Below, piece by piece: positions 30,652 to 40,576 of a stretch of 64,000 bases of DNA. A program made the position numbers and the translations under genes. Origin of the DNA: a virus; the IMG/VR virus record IMGVR_UViG_3300023179_000044, positions 1 through 64,000 of that record; one strand, written 5' to 3'. The notes below the pieces were generated by a model. The model worked only from the letters and a program-made list of their open reading frames with translations. It was not told the origin of the DNA and did no database searches. Every line of letters starts with the position of its first letter. Position 1 is the stretch's first letter.

Positions 30652-31086
30652 TTAGGCACCACGCATAAGTGGTTTAAATACTCTTAATTGTGTAGATAAG
30701 TATTTATTTGGTTTAGTTCCAGGATGTCTAACCATTCTTGTAGCTATAACTCTAGAACCCTTAGCAAAAATTAAAACCCCGTTTTTTGGCCCTTCGTGTG
30801 GAAATATCATATGAGGTCTAGTTCCCTGATGCTGAATCAAAGCTAATTTATTATCTGATCCTATCCATAACTGTTGACCAGTAAGTGTTGGTGTATGACG
30901 CATATGTATGGACTGGGCTAGTTTTCCTGTTTTTTTACCAACTTGAGCTTTTGCTCCGGCTACTGCTAAATCTCCAGCCTTATGTAGAGCTTTCCATAAA
31001 CCACCTTTTGGAGTGTGTAGTTCAGCCAAAAGAACAGCATCATTTATTATTAATTTAGAATGACGCATATTAATAGTTGTACTCAT
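30652..31086 (-). CDS. HK97 gp10-like neck/tail completion protein
   Basis: KTGKLAQSI...HQGTRPH...HPGTKPNKYL. Confidence 0.75.
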   Translation of the reverse strand: MSTTINMRHSKLIINDAVLLAELHTPKGGLWKALHKAGDLAVAGAKAQVGKKTGKLAQSIHMRHTPTLTGQQLWIGSDNKLALIQHQGTRPHMIFPHEGPKNGVLIFAKGSRVIATRMVRHPGTKPNKYLSTQLRVFKPLMRGA

Positions 31087-31087
31087 T

Positions 31088-31585
31088 TTATGGAACCGCC
31101 ATAGTTATAGTAAGAGTTGTTGTTTGAAATCCGCCTTCTGGAGCTCCGGCATCTAAAGTTGCAATAACACCAATTCCATATCCAGTAGAGTCCCACTGGT
31201 CAAGTAGATTAATGCTTTCCATTAAAACCCATGCATCAATAGCTTGAACAGATGAAGCTAGTTCAATTTTGTCAGAGCTAGGTGGCCTACCATTTTGGCC
31301 AACTATAGGAGTACTTCTTGAAATAGATACTTGAACAGTAGCACTTCTAGGTACATTACATCTTTGTGGTTGACTTATTTGAGCACCTGGAGCACCTAAA
31401 TATAATTGCAAAAATGAAACAACAAGCTGTTCGCAATCTACAGCTGGTTCTGACATAGTCCAGTAACATCTACTAGGAAGTTGAACGTTATACGACTGAA
31501 AAATAGATTGAACTCGTTCTAAAACGCCTTCCATCATATTTTTTAAATTGAGAGAATCTTCTGATACAGATCTTAAATCATACAT
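31088..31585 (-). CDS. probable tail terminator
   Basis: Synteny and size; DCEQLVV...R...DA...GAPEGG motif pattern. Confidence 0.6.
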   Translation of the reverse strand: MYDLRSVSEDSLNLKNMMEGVLERVQSIFQSYNVQLPSRCYWTMSEPAVDCEQLVVSFLQLYLGAPGAQISQPQRCNVPRSATVQVSISRSTPIVGQNGRPPSSDKIELASSVQAIDAWVLMESINLLDQWDSTGYGIGVIATLDAGAPEGGFQTTTLTITMAVP

Positions 31586-31611
31586 AGCTTTTAATTACTC
31601 TTCCTTAATTA

Positions 31612-32721
31612 CTAACTATAAAGTTTTATTTGTAAGTTTCCGGATGCAACTTCAACCATGTTTTTTACATTATTTATAGTTTTTGTTGCAAAAAGTGACC
31701 AAGTACCCGGGTCTACCATACCAATTGCAGCCAATGCTTCGGAGTATGAAACAGTAAATGAAACAACATTTGAAGTAGTATTTACAGAAATACTTGATGA
31801 GTTTAAAGCTATAGTAGAGTTTCCACTGTAGCTATATAAAACTACCTCTGCTGCCCACCCTGATGCAGGAAAAAAGTTACTTAAATCAGCGTCAGTTCCA
31901 GCAGAAGTCCAAACTGCAGAAGTTGTTTTGACTACACTTAAATCGTAATCAGGATCAGCAGTCAATACTAAAGTTTTTGGAGTATAGCGACGTGCGCGAG
32001 GATTATCAACCGAAAACACTTTTGCCTTACGTTTGGCATTATCTGGATTAACTGTTTTTAAAAAAAGATCAACAGCGTAAAGACCAGTACGAAGTTCGGC
32101 AATAAACTCTTGATTATCAAGAATGGTATAAGAGACGCCCTGACGTGACACAGAAGTTACCCGCTGAGGAAGCATACATTCTTCATCACCAGACCAAAGT
32201 TTAGCAAATTCTGTAGCTAAAGTTTTAGCTGCCATTTTTCCAGCCATCGGAACTTCCGCACCATATTCATAAGTAATTTCTGTATTACAAGGTGTCCATG
32301 GAGTTCCAGCTTTAATATGAATGGTTGAATGGTCAACCAAATAATAATCAGATGGATCTAAAATTTTTCCATATCTATTTCTAATAGTGTGAATTTTTAA
32401 GACAGGTCTTCCACGAAGTTTAATACGAGCATCTGGGGACATACCATCTGCCATTAACTCAGAATACTCGTCATAATCATCAGTTGGAATATTATAAACA
32501 TCTCCACCAAAAAGTACTGGTGAAGTAGTCTTAATAGACGGGCCCATTCTATTATTTCTAAGAGTACAAGTATAACGTTCAGTAACTATAGTAGTTCCAG
32601 TATATTTACGTCCAGACATAGCCCATAATAAATAAGAAGCAGTTTTAGCCGCTTCATCCGCAAATTCGGTATTTGCGTAATCTCCAAGATCTTCTGGCTG
32701 GACCCAATAATTTACTGACAT
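31612..32721 (-). CDS. head-to-tail adaptor with C-terminal beta extension
   Basis: ASYLLWAMSGRKY...LATEFAK...CMLPQRVTSVSRQGVS...TGLYAVDLFL..VNP. Confidence 0.78.
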   Translation of the reverse strand: MSVNYWVQPEDLGDYANTEFADEAAKTASYLLWAMSGRKYTGTTIVTERYTCTLRNNRMGPSIKTTSPVLFGGDVYNIPTDDYDEYSELMADGMSPDARIKLRGRPVLKIHTIRNRYGKILDPSDYYLVDHSTIHIKAGTPWTPCNTEITYEYGAEVPMAGKMAAKTLATEFAKLWSGDEECMLPQRVTSVSRQGVSYTILDNQEFIAELRTGLYAVDLFLKTVNPDNAKRKAKVFSVDNPRARRYTPKTLVLTADPDYDLSVVKTTSAVWTSAGTDADLSNFFPASGWAAEVVLYSYSGNSTIALNSSSISVNTTSNVVSFTVSYSEALAAIGMVDPGTWSLFATKTINNVKNMVEVASGNLQIKLYS

Positions 32722-32744
32722 GTCTTGACTCCTAATTAAGAATT

Positions 32745-32785
32745 AAGCGGCTGGCTGGCATGCTCGCACACCAACCATGCCGCTT
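32745..32785 (-). terminator. long hairpin after the major tail gene
   Basis: Minus-strand RNA AAGCGGC-A-UGGUUGGUGUG-CGAG-CAUGCCAGCCAGCCGCUU. The G-U pairs work only on the minus strand. Confidence 0.7.
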
Positions 32786-32798
32786 CATTCTTAGTTTA

Positions 32799-34139
32799 TT
32801 ACTCTTCGTTACTTCTGATAATAAAGTCGACGTTATTATCTGGGTTGTAAGAAGCGTTACCAGGAACGTTGTAACTTGATGTACCAGTTCCGTTAGCATA
32901 TGCACTATCAATTTGAGCTGATGTAACTGCAACGTAATTGCCTGTACCCTGGTTCTCCGTTAGACTGTCAATCAGTGATACTCTAGAGGCATCAACGAGG
33001 GTGGCAGTAATTACTGAAGTTCCAACGTTAGTTGTAATTGCATATGCAAATGCATTAGCTACAGACATTCCACTAGTTCCATTAGCGATAGCCGCAACGT
33101 TAGCAACATAAGCAGTAGCATTTGTAATACTTGCTACGGTGTGATTAACAATACTTGAAACATTTGATGAGGCAATAGTAGCTCCAACAAGCAAACCTGC
33201 TGTATTTACACCAGTTATAGTGGTGCTAGCGTTAATTGTTGTACCAGTACCAATATTAGATGCAAGATTAACAAGGTATGCTCCAACAGTTCCAGTATTA
33301 TATGGTTCACCAACGTTAGTTACAGAGACATAATCTCCATTAGCAACTTTGGCATTTGCTAGCGTATCACTAAGAGTTACAACAGCATAGGTACCCTGAG
33401 CTTCAATCTTAGAAATAGTTACTGTAGTTGCTCCCTGAATTCCACTCTTAGTAAAGAATACTTGGTCAGTTGAGTTATCAGACCAAGTGTAGAATCCTTG
33501 AAGACCCTTAGGTGCCCAAACAGACCTAGCGTAAGAGTATGGACGCTCCGCAGCAGTTGGGTACTCCCAACGGCCATCAACACCAGAACCAAAGTTTGGA
33601 TTACCTAGACCATACCCCTCAAATGTAGTTGCAAGCATACCATTTTCAATTACACGGTCACCAGACTGGCGCATCTTAGCAAATGGGAATACCCAGTGGA
33701 AGTAAGGAAGAACTGAAGACCTCTTACCGTCCTTTACTGCGTTAGACCATACTTCGATAGCTACACCATTTCCCGCTGGGTCATCTCCGACTCCAGGTGC
33801 TGCCCAACCGACAGCCTTTGAAACACCATCAATGGTTTTCTTTAGAAGAAGACCGCCCGATAGCAGCTGAGAAAGCTCGGTGTCTGGCTCACAAATAGCA
33901 AGCTCCATGGTAATACGCTTTAGTACGTCTGGAGACTTGTAAGTTACACAAACGATACCATTAGCATTCTTTTCGGTGATTTCGTCACCTTCTTCATATT
34001 CTGGGGTAAATGATACACGCATGAAAGCCGACGTAACGTAGCTATCACCTGCACCATTTAGTAAGTTGCCAGCTGCGTCCAAACGGGTGACACGGATTGA
34101 TACACCCTGGATGCTGGCTGCATATTCTTGAGTAGGCAT
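32799..34139 (-). CDS. major tail (tube) protein with appended beta-rich domains
   Basis: IRVTRLD...EYEEGDEITEKNANG..C...LAICEPD...AIEVWS...WVFP tube domain. RBS AAGGAG. Confidence 0.88.
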   Translation of the reverse strand: MPTQEYAASIQGVSIRVTRLDAAGNLLNGAGDSYVTSAFMRVSFTPEYEEGDEITEKNANGIVCVTYKSPDVLKRITMELAICEPDTELSQLLSGGLLLKKTIDGVSKAVGWAAPGVGDDPAGNGVAIEVWSNAVKDGKRSSVLPYFHWVFPFAKMRQSGDRVIENGMLATTFEGYGLGNPNFGSGVDGRWEYPTAAERPYSYARSVWAPKGLQGFYTWSDNSTDQVFFTKSGIQGATTVTISKIEAQGTYAVVTLSDTLANAKVANGDYVSVTNVGEPYNTGTVGAYLVNLASNIGTGTTINASTTITGVNTAGLLVGATIASSNVSSIVNHTVASITNATAYVANVAAIANGTSGMSVANAFAYAITTNVGTSVITATLVDASRVSLIDSLTENQGTGNYVAVTSAQIDSAYANGTGTSSYNVPGNASYNPDNNVDFIIRSNEE

Positions 34140-34155
34140 TACCTATTCTCCTTTA

Positions 34156-35295
34156 TTAGTTAGTTAGGGTCAAGTCGACCTTGACGCCTAGGTGGATGGA
34201 TGTATCAAAGTAAACCGAAGCAGCCCGGGTAGCCTTGATCCTCATGTCATTTTTGTTGTCTGTGACACCGTAGCCCTGAGCTAAGTTGTCATTTACTACT
34301 TCAGGTTCTCCGAGATAAACTCGAACTTCACCAGAAGCATAAATCCATCTGTAGCGGCTGTTAGCCTGCATTTGTGCAGTTCCGCCTGTAGTAGGAGTTG
34401 ATGATACTGTAGCTACTTTAGCGTACTTAATTGTAGTACCAGTAGTTCCAGAAATAGTTGTGTAAGTACCATTGAAAGTTGAGTCAACACCAGTAATAAA
34501 TACAGTATCTCCAACAGCAAGGCCGTGGTTATTTGATGTAGTTAGAGTTGCATTAGCTCCATCAGCAGTTTTGTTAGTTACGTTTACAACAGGACCATTG
34601 CCTGAGTAACCAGATCCAACTACTATAGGAGTGCCACCAAAAGTTTGTAGGTGCTCTGTCCTCAAAGCACCAGGCTGGTGAAACACCATCTGATTATATG
34701 AGCTAAGAACTGCTGCAGTATCGCGAGTCATATGGATCCAGCCCTGCTCACCACCAGAAGAATACTGCCCGATGTTATATTCAAGAACAGATATACCATG
34801 CTTAACTGAAACTGCTGCACCATCAACACTTGGATTAGCTACTGATCCATCAGACTTACGTCCAGGAAGAATTGTTACGCTAGATCCTTTTGTAAGATAT
34901 GGATTAACTAAATCTGTACTTGAACCCTGAAGTGAAACTGTACCATCCCAAAGTTCAACTTCGCAGGCTTTTTGAGTGCAGCCTTCTAGCTGTCTTAAAA
35001 CTCTTTTAAATCTGTCTTGCCCCAAAAGACCAAAAGTTGAAGCAAAATCTTCTGCTTCAATAAAAAATGGAATATGTCTTGAATATCTTGCTGCGCCAGG
35101 ATTTGAATCTACAGTGTAAGAAGTAGAACTAGTTAAATCCCAGTTGCGAATGTAGTTAGGAGTTGTTTCCCATAACTGATCAAACCCTCTTACCCACTTA
35201 TCTTCAGAAACTGGATTTTCTGGTTTAAATACGGAAAATAGCCCAAATGCTGAAGGCACGATCTTAGGGGCATCAAAAGATCCGTCGAAAGACAT
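34156..35295 (-). CDS. second capsid protein (major capsid pentamer-type) with inserted beta module
   Basis: Immediately downstream of the major capsid gene. GLFSV...PFFIEA...ELWDG...IHM...GTPIVVGSGY...WIYASGEV pattern. Confidence 0.7.
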   Translation of the reverse strand: MSFDGSFDAPKIVPSAFGLFSVFKPENPVSEDKWVRGFDQLWETTPNYIRNWDLTSSTSYTVDSNPGAARYSRHIPFFIEAEDFASTFGLLGQDRFKRVLRQLEGCTQKACEVELWDGTVSLQGSSTDLVNPYLTKGSSVTILPGRKSDGSVANPSVDGAAVSVKHGISVLEYNIGQYSSGGEQGWIHMTRDTAAVLSSYNQMVFHQPGALRTEHLQTFGGTPIVVGSGYSGNGPVVNVTNKTADGANATLTTSNNHGLAVGDTVFITGVDSTFNGTYTTISGTTGTTIKYAKVATVSSTPTTGGTAQMQANSRYRWIYASGEVRVYLGEPEVVNDNLAQGYGVTDNKNDMRIKATRAASVYFDTSIHLGVKVDLTLTN

Positions 35296-35327
35296 ATTTT
35301 AAATCCTTAATTTAAAACTTTGTATTG

Positions 35328-35354
35328 GGGGGGTCTCTTTTATTGAGACCCCCC
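35328..35354 (-). terminator. terminator/attenuator hairpin after the major capsid gene
   Basis: GGGGGGTCTC-TTTTATT-GAGACCCCCC, a perfect 10-bp stem. Confidence 0.75.
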
Positions 35355-35377
35355 TCAACATTAGTTAATGGTTGTGA

Positions 35378-37417
35378 CTAGAAGTCAATTGAAGCAGAAG
35401 CTACGCCACCAAGCATGTCGCGTCCTAATGCATATGTACCATTGACCTTAATTGTCGATGTAACTGCAAGTGCTTCGATACCAACAAAGCCAACGCCCTC
35501 AAAGGTCTCAACGAACATCTTGTAGTCGTTGGTTCCAACTAGGCTGGAGTCACGGATGATACCTAGGTCCAGAGTTCCACCATCTAGGAACAAGAATGTT
35601 CCTTCGGCGAACAAGAACCACTTGAAACTGTCTGGGAACTGGTTAAGAGCACCACTAGAACCAGACTGAACAGTACCTAGCGAGCTAGTAAAGTTGGCAG
35701 CAGCAGTAGTCCAAGCGGTGTTGTCTAATGTTGAAACAACATCAACATTTAGAGATGCTAGATAGCCATCAATTTCTGACTGAGATACAGATAGATTTCC
35801 ATCACCAGGCATGTTCAGAGTCAAGTCTGCAGCCATAGCGTCGTAAACCCATACAGGAATGATAAGTTTCAATCTTGCATTAGGGTTCAAACGGTGACGT
35901 AGTCTATATGCAACTGCAGCACGACGAACGTTAACTAGGAAGTCACGGGCAACACCAATGACGCTGCTAGTGGTTACTGCAGTACAGTTAGAGTTGATAC
36001 CAGCAATTAGGTTCTCTTCTGCTCTACGAGCGTGCTGAACAAGAGCTAGTTCGTTGTGACGAGCAATCAACTCTGGGTAAGCACGAGTCATCAAGTTACC
36101 AAACTGTAGCTGTAGAGTTACAGCGTCGGTAGTTGCAGTCTTCTCGCTAGCTGCAGCGATGGTCATAGTTGCCTTTGAAGAAGGGCTAGGACTTGCTGCT
36201 GCGTCATTACTTGCTGTCCAAACATCAGCCGCTTTTGCATACGTTCCAGCATTTGAAACAGTAGTATCAGTAGTTGAAAGGTTTGCATAGGTAGGTGGAC
36301 TAATGAAACGGACACCACCGCGGTCAACCTGGAAGCGAGGCAAAGCATCGCGAATCGGGCGAACGTTGGTAGAGCCAATCGAGAAGATGTCATACTTTAC
36401 TTCGAATGGAGTAGAAAAACCACCAGCAGCAACAAGTGCTTCAGGGCCTGCTACAGCAGCAATCTTTTTTGCGTTTGACTCTGGATCGGCGTTGAGGATG
36501 CGCTCCTCAGGATATGAAGTGGTGAAGGATGCAACAATGTGCTGCTCTCCATCTCCACCATTTACACGACGAAGTGAGTGGAGGCGCTTCTCCATAGCAA
36601 CTGCTACTTCGCTCATGTCATTGATAGTTGAGCCAGCTGTGTATCCAGGAATGTCAGCTCCAGCGGTAATTGCTACCGGTGCTGGTTCTGAAACCTGAAC
36701 TACAGGCTGACGATCAGCTGGGGCCTCGAAAGGCTGTTCTGCTGCGGCGGTCACTGGGGCCTGCTCTTCCTGTGACTCTTCGGTCACGGTTGGGGTTGAT
36801 TCGGTTTGGGTTTCTTCGGTTGACAGTTCGGATCCATCTTCCTGAGCAATCGATGCGGTTTCAGTTGCTTCATTAGTTGTTGAAAGCTCTGCTTCTGGAG
36901 CAGCAACTTCCTCTACTACTTCTACAACTTCTGATGTGGTGGCTACTTCTTCAGAGTCAGAGCTGTATTCAGACATCTTCTTCTTTTCTTCCTCATCTTC
37001 AACTGGAGTTTCTTCAGCTGGAGTCTCCTCTACAGGAGTTTCCTCTGCTGGAACTTCTTCAGCCGGGACGGGTGCCTCTTCGGTTGGAGTTTCCTCTACA
37101 GGAACATCTTCTTCCATAGGCTTGTTTTCATCCATAGCCATTTCCTCTCCGGTACTTTCATCAGTACCCTTAACACGTGCGGTGGCTTCTGCAGCCTGAG
37201 CCGCTAGCTGTTCAGCTAGAGCCTCTCGGCGAGCTAGCTCACCACGCACAATGTCTAGCGAGTCTGCAAGACTCGTCATAGCATCAACTGTCTCAGGAGT
37301 AGGGTCTTCGCCTTCAACCTTGTCGAACTCGCTCATGATAGAGTTCTGAAGTTCAGCAACTTGTTCGTCGCTCATCTCCGATACTCCATCAAGCTGAGTT
37401 TTGATTTGGTCGTACAC
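35378..37417 (-). CDS. major capsid (hexamer-type) protein with fused N-terminal acidic scaffold
   Basis: GTG 37417 preceded by AGGAGG. Acidic helical and EETP-repeat N-terminal half, then ALVAAGG...RDALP..RGG...FGN...YPE...LDLGIIRDS...NDY..FVETFEG. Confidence 0.9.
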   Translation of the reverse strand: MYDQIKTQLDGVSEMSDEQVAELQNSIMSEFDKVEGEDPTPETVDAMTSLADSLDIVRGELARREALAEQLAAQAAEATARVKGTDESTGEEMAMDENKPMEEDVPVEETPTEEAPVPAEEVPAEETPVEETPAEETPVEDEEEKKKMSEYSSDSEEVATTSEVVEVVEEVAAPEAELSTTNEATETASIAQEDGSELSTEETQTESTPTVTEESQEEQAPVTAAAEQPFEAPADRQPVVQVSEPAPVAITAGADIPGYTAGSTINDMSEVAVAMEKRLHSLRRVNGGDGEQHIVASFTTSYPEERILNADPESNAKKIAAVAGPEALVAAGGFSTPFEVKYDIFSIGSTNVRPIRDALPRFQVDRGGVRFISPPTYANLSTTDTTVSNAGTYAKAADVWTASNDAAASPSPSSKATMTIAAASEKTATTDAVTLQLQFGNLMTRAYPELIARHNELALVQHARRAEENLIAGINSNCTAVTTSSVIGVARDFLVNVRRAAVAYRLRHRLNPNARLKLIIPVWVYDAMAADLTLNMPGDGNLSVSQSEIDGYLASLNVDVVSTLDNTAWTTAAANFTSSLGTVQSGSSGALNQFPDSFKWFLFAEGTFLFLDGGTLDLGIIRDSSLVGTNDYKMFVETFEGVGFVGIEALAVTSTIKVNGTYALGRDMLGGVASASIDF

Positions 37418-37513
37418 TGGACCTCCTAAGGTCAGTTTGGTTAGTGAATGTTTTACCATTCATGGTGAACAATCAAGGCCGAGGGACTCTGCAAAAGTTG
37501 CGAGGCGCTCTAC

Positions 37514-37530
37514 CTATTAGTAATTTTACC
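37514..37530 (-). promoter_or_regulatory. putative late promoter GGTAAAATTACTAATAG (capsid)
   Basis: 16/17 identical to 51105-51121. Contains a TAAAAT -10 element. Confidence 0.65.
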
Positions 37531-37537
37531 TTACTTT

Positions 37538-40500
37538 TTAGGTAAGGAGTCGGAGGAGCTTGCTCATCTCTGATTGGATTTCTCCTTGAGAATAAACATC
37601 TCCACCTGACATATAGGACTTTAGACTCTTTGTAGCAATGTCTGCATCCTCTTTACCGATCTTTGACTCGACTCTAGTGATCATTCCATCGATAAGATCC
37701 TTAAGTCCAGCTGGTAAATCGCTAAATCTTAGTTTGTCTGCCTCAACACCAAATGGTAGAGGGAGGTTTGATATAACTCGACCTAGTTCCCTAGCAGAGC
37801 TTTTAACATTTTCTAATGCCTGAGGATTTAAAGCTCCAGTATCTAATCTGTCAATAATACCTAAAAGCTCGGCACTAGCAGCAGCTGATTTTTCATAGTT
37901 CCCAGCAAAGTCTAGATTTTGTGCGGCTTCTGCTTGCTTTAAAGCCTCTTGTAGTCCAGCAACACCCAAATCCTGAGTTAATCTTGCAAGAACTTTACGA
38001 TACTTACCTTTAGCATCACGAGGTTGAGTTTTTGGAGTGTATTTAACTCTTCCTTGCTCGTCATACTTATCAGTTACGGTAGTCTTACCAGCTTTAATAT
38101 CTTCTGCTCTTTTAATTTCTTCTTCAGTTTGCTTTTCGGCTTCAGCCTTAGTTTCTTTTAATTCTTTTATATCTTCAGGAGAAATAAGATCAGGTTCAGC
38201 AAAAGTAGAAAGAGAAGCAATAACGGCTCTCATTCTTTCAATATTTTGAGAAGCTTGCATCGAGTGAGCATGCTTCCATTGATCTGGAATTAAATCAGCA
38301 GACTTAAGTTGACGAGCACGCTTCATTATATGGCGACGAACTACAGGACGATCTTCTTCTTTTGCACGACCAAATGCTTTAATGGCATTTTTTAAGTCAT
38401 CAGTATTACGAATTGGATATGATCCGTCTGGTAAAGCATGACCTTTTTTAGCTAAATCAGAACGTTCTTCTTCAGTAAACTTAGCTAATTCTGCAAGAGC
38501 AGATGCAACTATTGCTCTTTCACGTAGGTCTTCAACTTTTGCAGATGCAGCTATACTTTTTGACTTTTTCCATTCATCTGGAATAAGATTATACTTTCCT
38601 AGAGCTCGAGCACGCTTAATAATGTGCTTTTTAGCAGCAGCCACATCTTTTGCTCTACCATGAGCCTGAATTGCATTTTTAAGATCTTCGACATTTCGAA
38701 TAGGGAAAGAACCATCTTTCATGGCTTTTCCTTCTTTTGCAAGGCTATCTCTTTTTTCTCTAGAGATATATCCAAATTGAGTTTCAAATCTTGACATAAG
38801 ATCTGCAGAAGCAGCACTTAATTCATTAAGTTTGGAAGCTCTATCAACCAAACTTGAAACGTGCTGGCTCTTCATAATTGCAAAATAACTTGCACCAGCT
38901 GCAACCAAAGCCATAACTTTACCTGAAGCAAGCATTGCACGAGCAATAGGGAAGCCAGGAACATTCACCTGACATATAGCCACTAGTTCAAGAGAACCGT
39001 TAATTGGACGCCAGTCGCCAGAAGGAGCGGAAGCACGAAGTGCACGAATTTGCATTTCATTTGCATTAGGACGCAAAGAACCAGCTACCCAAATGCCATA
39101 TTCATCTTCTCCTGCGTGGACGTCTGCAATAGCCGATGCCGTATCATCATAATGTTTAGCTGCAGATACTGCATCTGCTTGGAGAGGAGCGTGGCCACCA
39201 GCCAATGTAAGCTGTCCAACTGGAATATCATTTCCATCAGCTGTTCTTACAACACCAGTATGAAAATAGGCATAGTTACTATTTGAACGAGGTGGTCTGG
39301 TTGAACGAGGCATACCGATGTGATTTACATGCCAAGCCGCAATATGCCCATATATTCTTCCGTTTGGCTCAACGGTAATCGGGGTTGGCTTAGTTAAAGC
39401 AGGATTAGTAAACCACTCGGTAGGAGGCGTCATTGGAATTTCTGCATCTAGAAATCCTGATGCTGTTAAAGCTTCAGCAGATACAAAAGAATCTAAAGAC
39501 TCTTCATATATTCCGTCTTCGGGGACCACTCTATCCTCCTGATTTTTAGTGGAATTGCTGTCAATAGAAATAGTGCATTCTTGAAATGCAGGCTTTGCTA
39601 CAATTGTAGCAGCCATTATACGTGCGTGATTTATAGTTAGTTTTTGCTTACCTAACTCATCTTCATTTGCATTTTCTGTTTTATGTTCTTTTGCTTCAAA
39701 TTGATCTAAATCCGCAGATACTCCACGAATAAACCCATTTTTAACTAATCTTTCGGCTTCACGACCATATGGTCCAGTATCAAATACCCCATAAGCATTT
39801 CCAATACCTTCAGGAGTTCTTTCCATGTAATCAATTCGACCAACAACTACAGAACCAGAGTGACCTTCAGCAGTTTTAATTTGCCAAAGAAGCGGGAGTG
39901 GAAGTTCTCTAATAGAAACTGCATCTTTTTTAAATTTTCTTCCGTCTCCAGATTCTATATCTTCTGGAATTAAAAGAGGAATAGAAAACTTTGCACCGTC
40001 AGTTTGAATAGATGCAGTAAGCCCTAAAATTCTTTCTTTTGCTGCATTTGCTGTAGCAATAAGATATGATTTTTCAATAATTTCATTGGTTATTGCATCA
40101 TTTACAGAAAAGAATTTTTTAAAACTATTTCCTCTACTACCTGAATTAAAACGACTTCCAGTGTAAACACCAGTCATTTCTTTATGACGAAGTTGACAAT
40201 ATCCCTTAGCACGGGGGCCAAGATACTTTGAGAGGTGACGAACACAGCGGGTCCAATCTCCAGGAACTCCCCACATAATTTTTGCTCCACCTACACCTCT
40301 AGTCCAGTAGTGCCTTAAATCTTCTGCATTTCCCCTATTTCTATCTAGACCCCCACCAGCAGTAAGAGCTTCATACTCTTTATCTCCACATTTTGCTAGC
40401 TCCTCTAGAGCATACTCAATCTCCATCTGAGGCTGCCAGTTAGATTCATATAATGGATCTTCTTCTTGCATAATTTCTTCATAGGACATAAGAAGATCTT

Positions 40501-40576
40501 CATTAGTGATATCAGTTGGATTTCCTATTTCCATCATGTATTCGTTATCTGCCACGGTTACGATCTCTCTTTGCAT
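37538..40576 (-). CDS. multidomain capsid maturation protease
   Basis: Directly upstream of the capsid gene. Domain 1: SGDGR...PLPL...GH...VVGRID...GVSAD...ATIV..PAF. Second protease-like domain: GRIYGH...HYDD...GIWVAG...SGDWR...VN.PGF. Two DGS(F/Y)PI repeats. The true start may be GTG 40555. Confidence 0.85.
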   Translation of the reverse strand: MQREIVTVADNEYMMEIGNPTDITNEDLLMSYEEIMQEEDPLYESNWQPQMEIEYALEELAKCGDKEYEALTAGGGLDRNRGNAEDLRHYWTRGVGGAKIMWGVPGDWTRCVRHLSKYLGPRAKGYCQLRHKEMTGVYTGSRFNSGSRGNSFKKFFSVNDAITNEIIEKSYLIATANAAKERILGLTASIQTDGAKFSIPLLIPEDIESGDGRKFKKDAVSIRELPLPLLWQIKTAEGHSGSVVVGRIDYMERTPEGIGNAYGVFDTGPYGREAERLVKNGFIRGVSADLDQFEAKEHKTENANEDELGKQKLTINHARIMAATIVAKPAFQECTISIDSNSTKNQEDRVVPEDGIYEESLDSFVSAEALTASGFLDAEIPMTPPTEWFTNPALTKPTPITVEPNGRIYGHIAAWHVNHIGMPRSTRPPRSNSNYAYFHTGVVRTADGNDIPVGQLTLAGGHAPLQADAVSAAKHYDDTASAIADVHAGEDEYGIWVAGSLRPNANEMQIRALRASAPSGDWRPINGSLELVAICQVNVPGFPIARAMLASGKVMALVAAGASYFAIMKSQHVSSLVDRASKLNELSAASADLMSRFETQFGYISREKRDSLAKEGKAMKDGSFPIRNVEDLKNAIQAHGRAKDVAAAKKHIIKRARALGKYNLIPDEWKKSKSIAASAKVEDLRERAIVASALAELAKFTEEERSDLAKKGHALPDGSYPIRNTDDLKNAIKAFGRAKEEDRPVVRRHIMKRARQLKSADLIPDQWKHAHSMQASQNIERMRAVIASLSTFAEPDLISPEDIKELKETKAEAEKQTEEEIKRAEDIKAGKTTVTDKYDEQGRVKYTPKTQPRDAKGKYRKVLARLTQDLGVAGLQEALKQAEAAQNLDFAGNYEKSAAASAELLGIIDRLDTGALNPQALENVKSSARELGRVISNLPLPFGVEADKLRFSDLPAGLKDLIDGMITRVESKIGKEDADIATKSLKSYMSGGDVYSQGEIQSEMSKLLRLLT

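Noticed and set aside
32732-32932. 66-aa ORF after the major tail gene as a frameshift extension
   Set aside because: No convincing slippery site, the ORF runs through the terminator hairpin, and the sequence is not protein-like.
36990-37110. EETP/PAEE repeats in the capsid gene as a DNA repeat element
   Set aside because: Degenerate coding repeats of an acidic scaffold linker.
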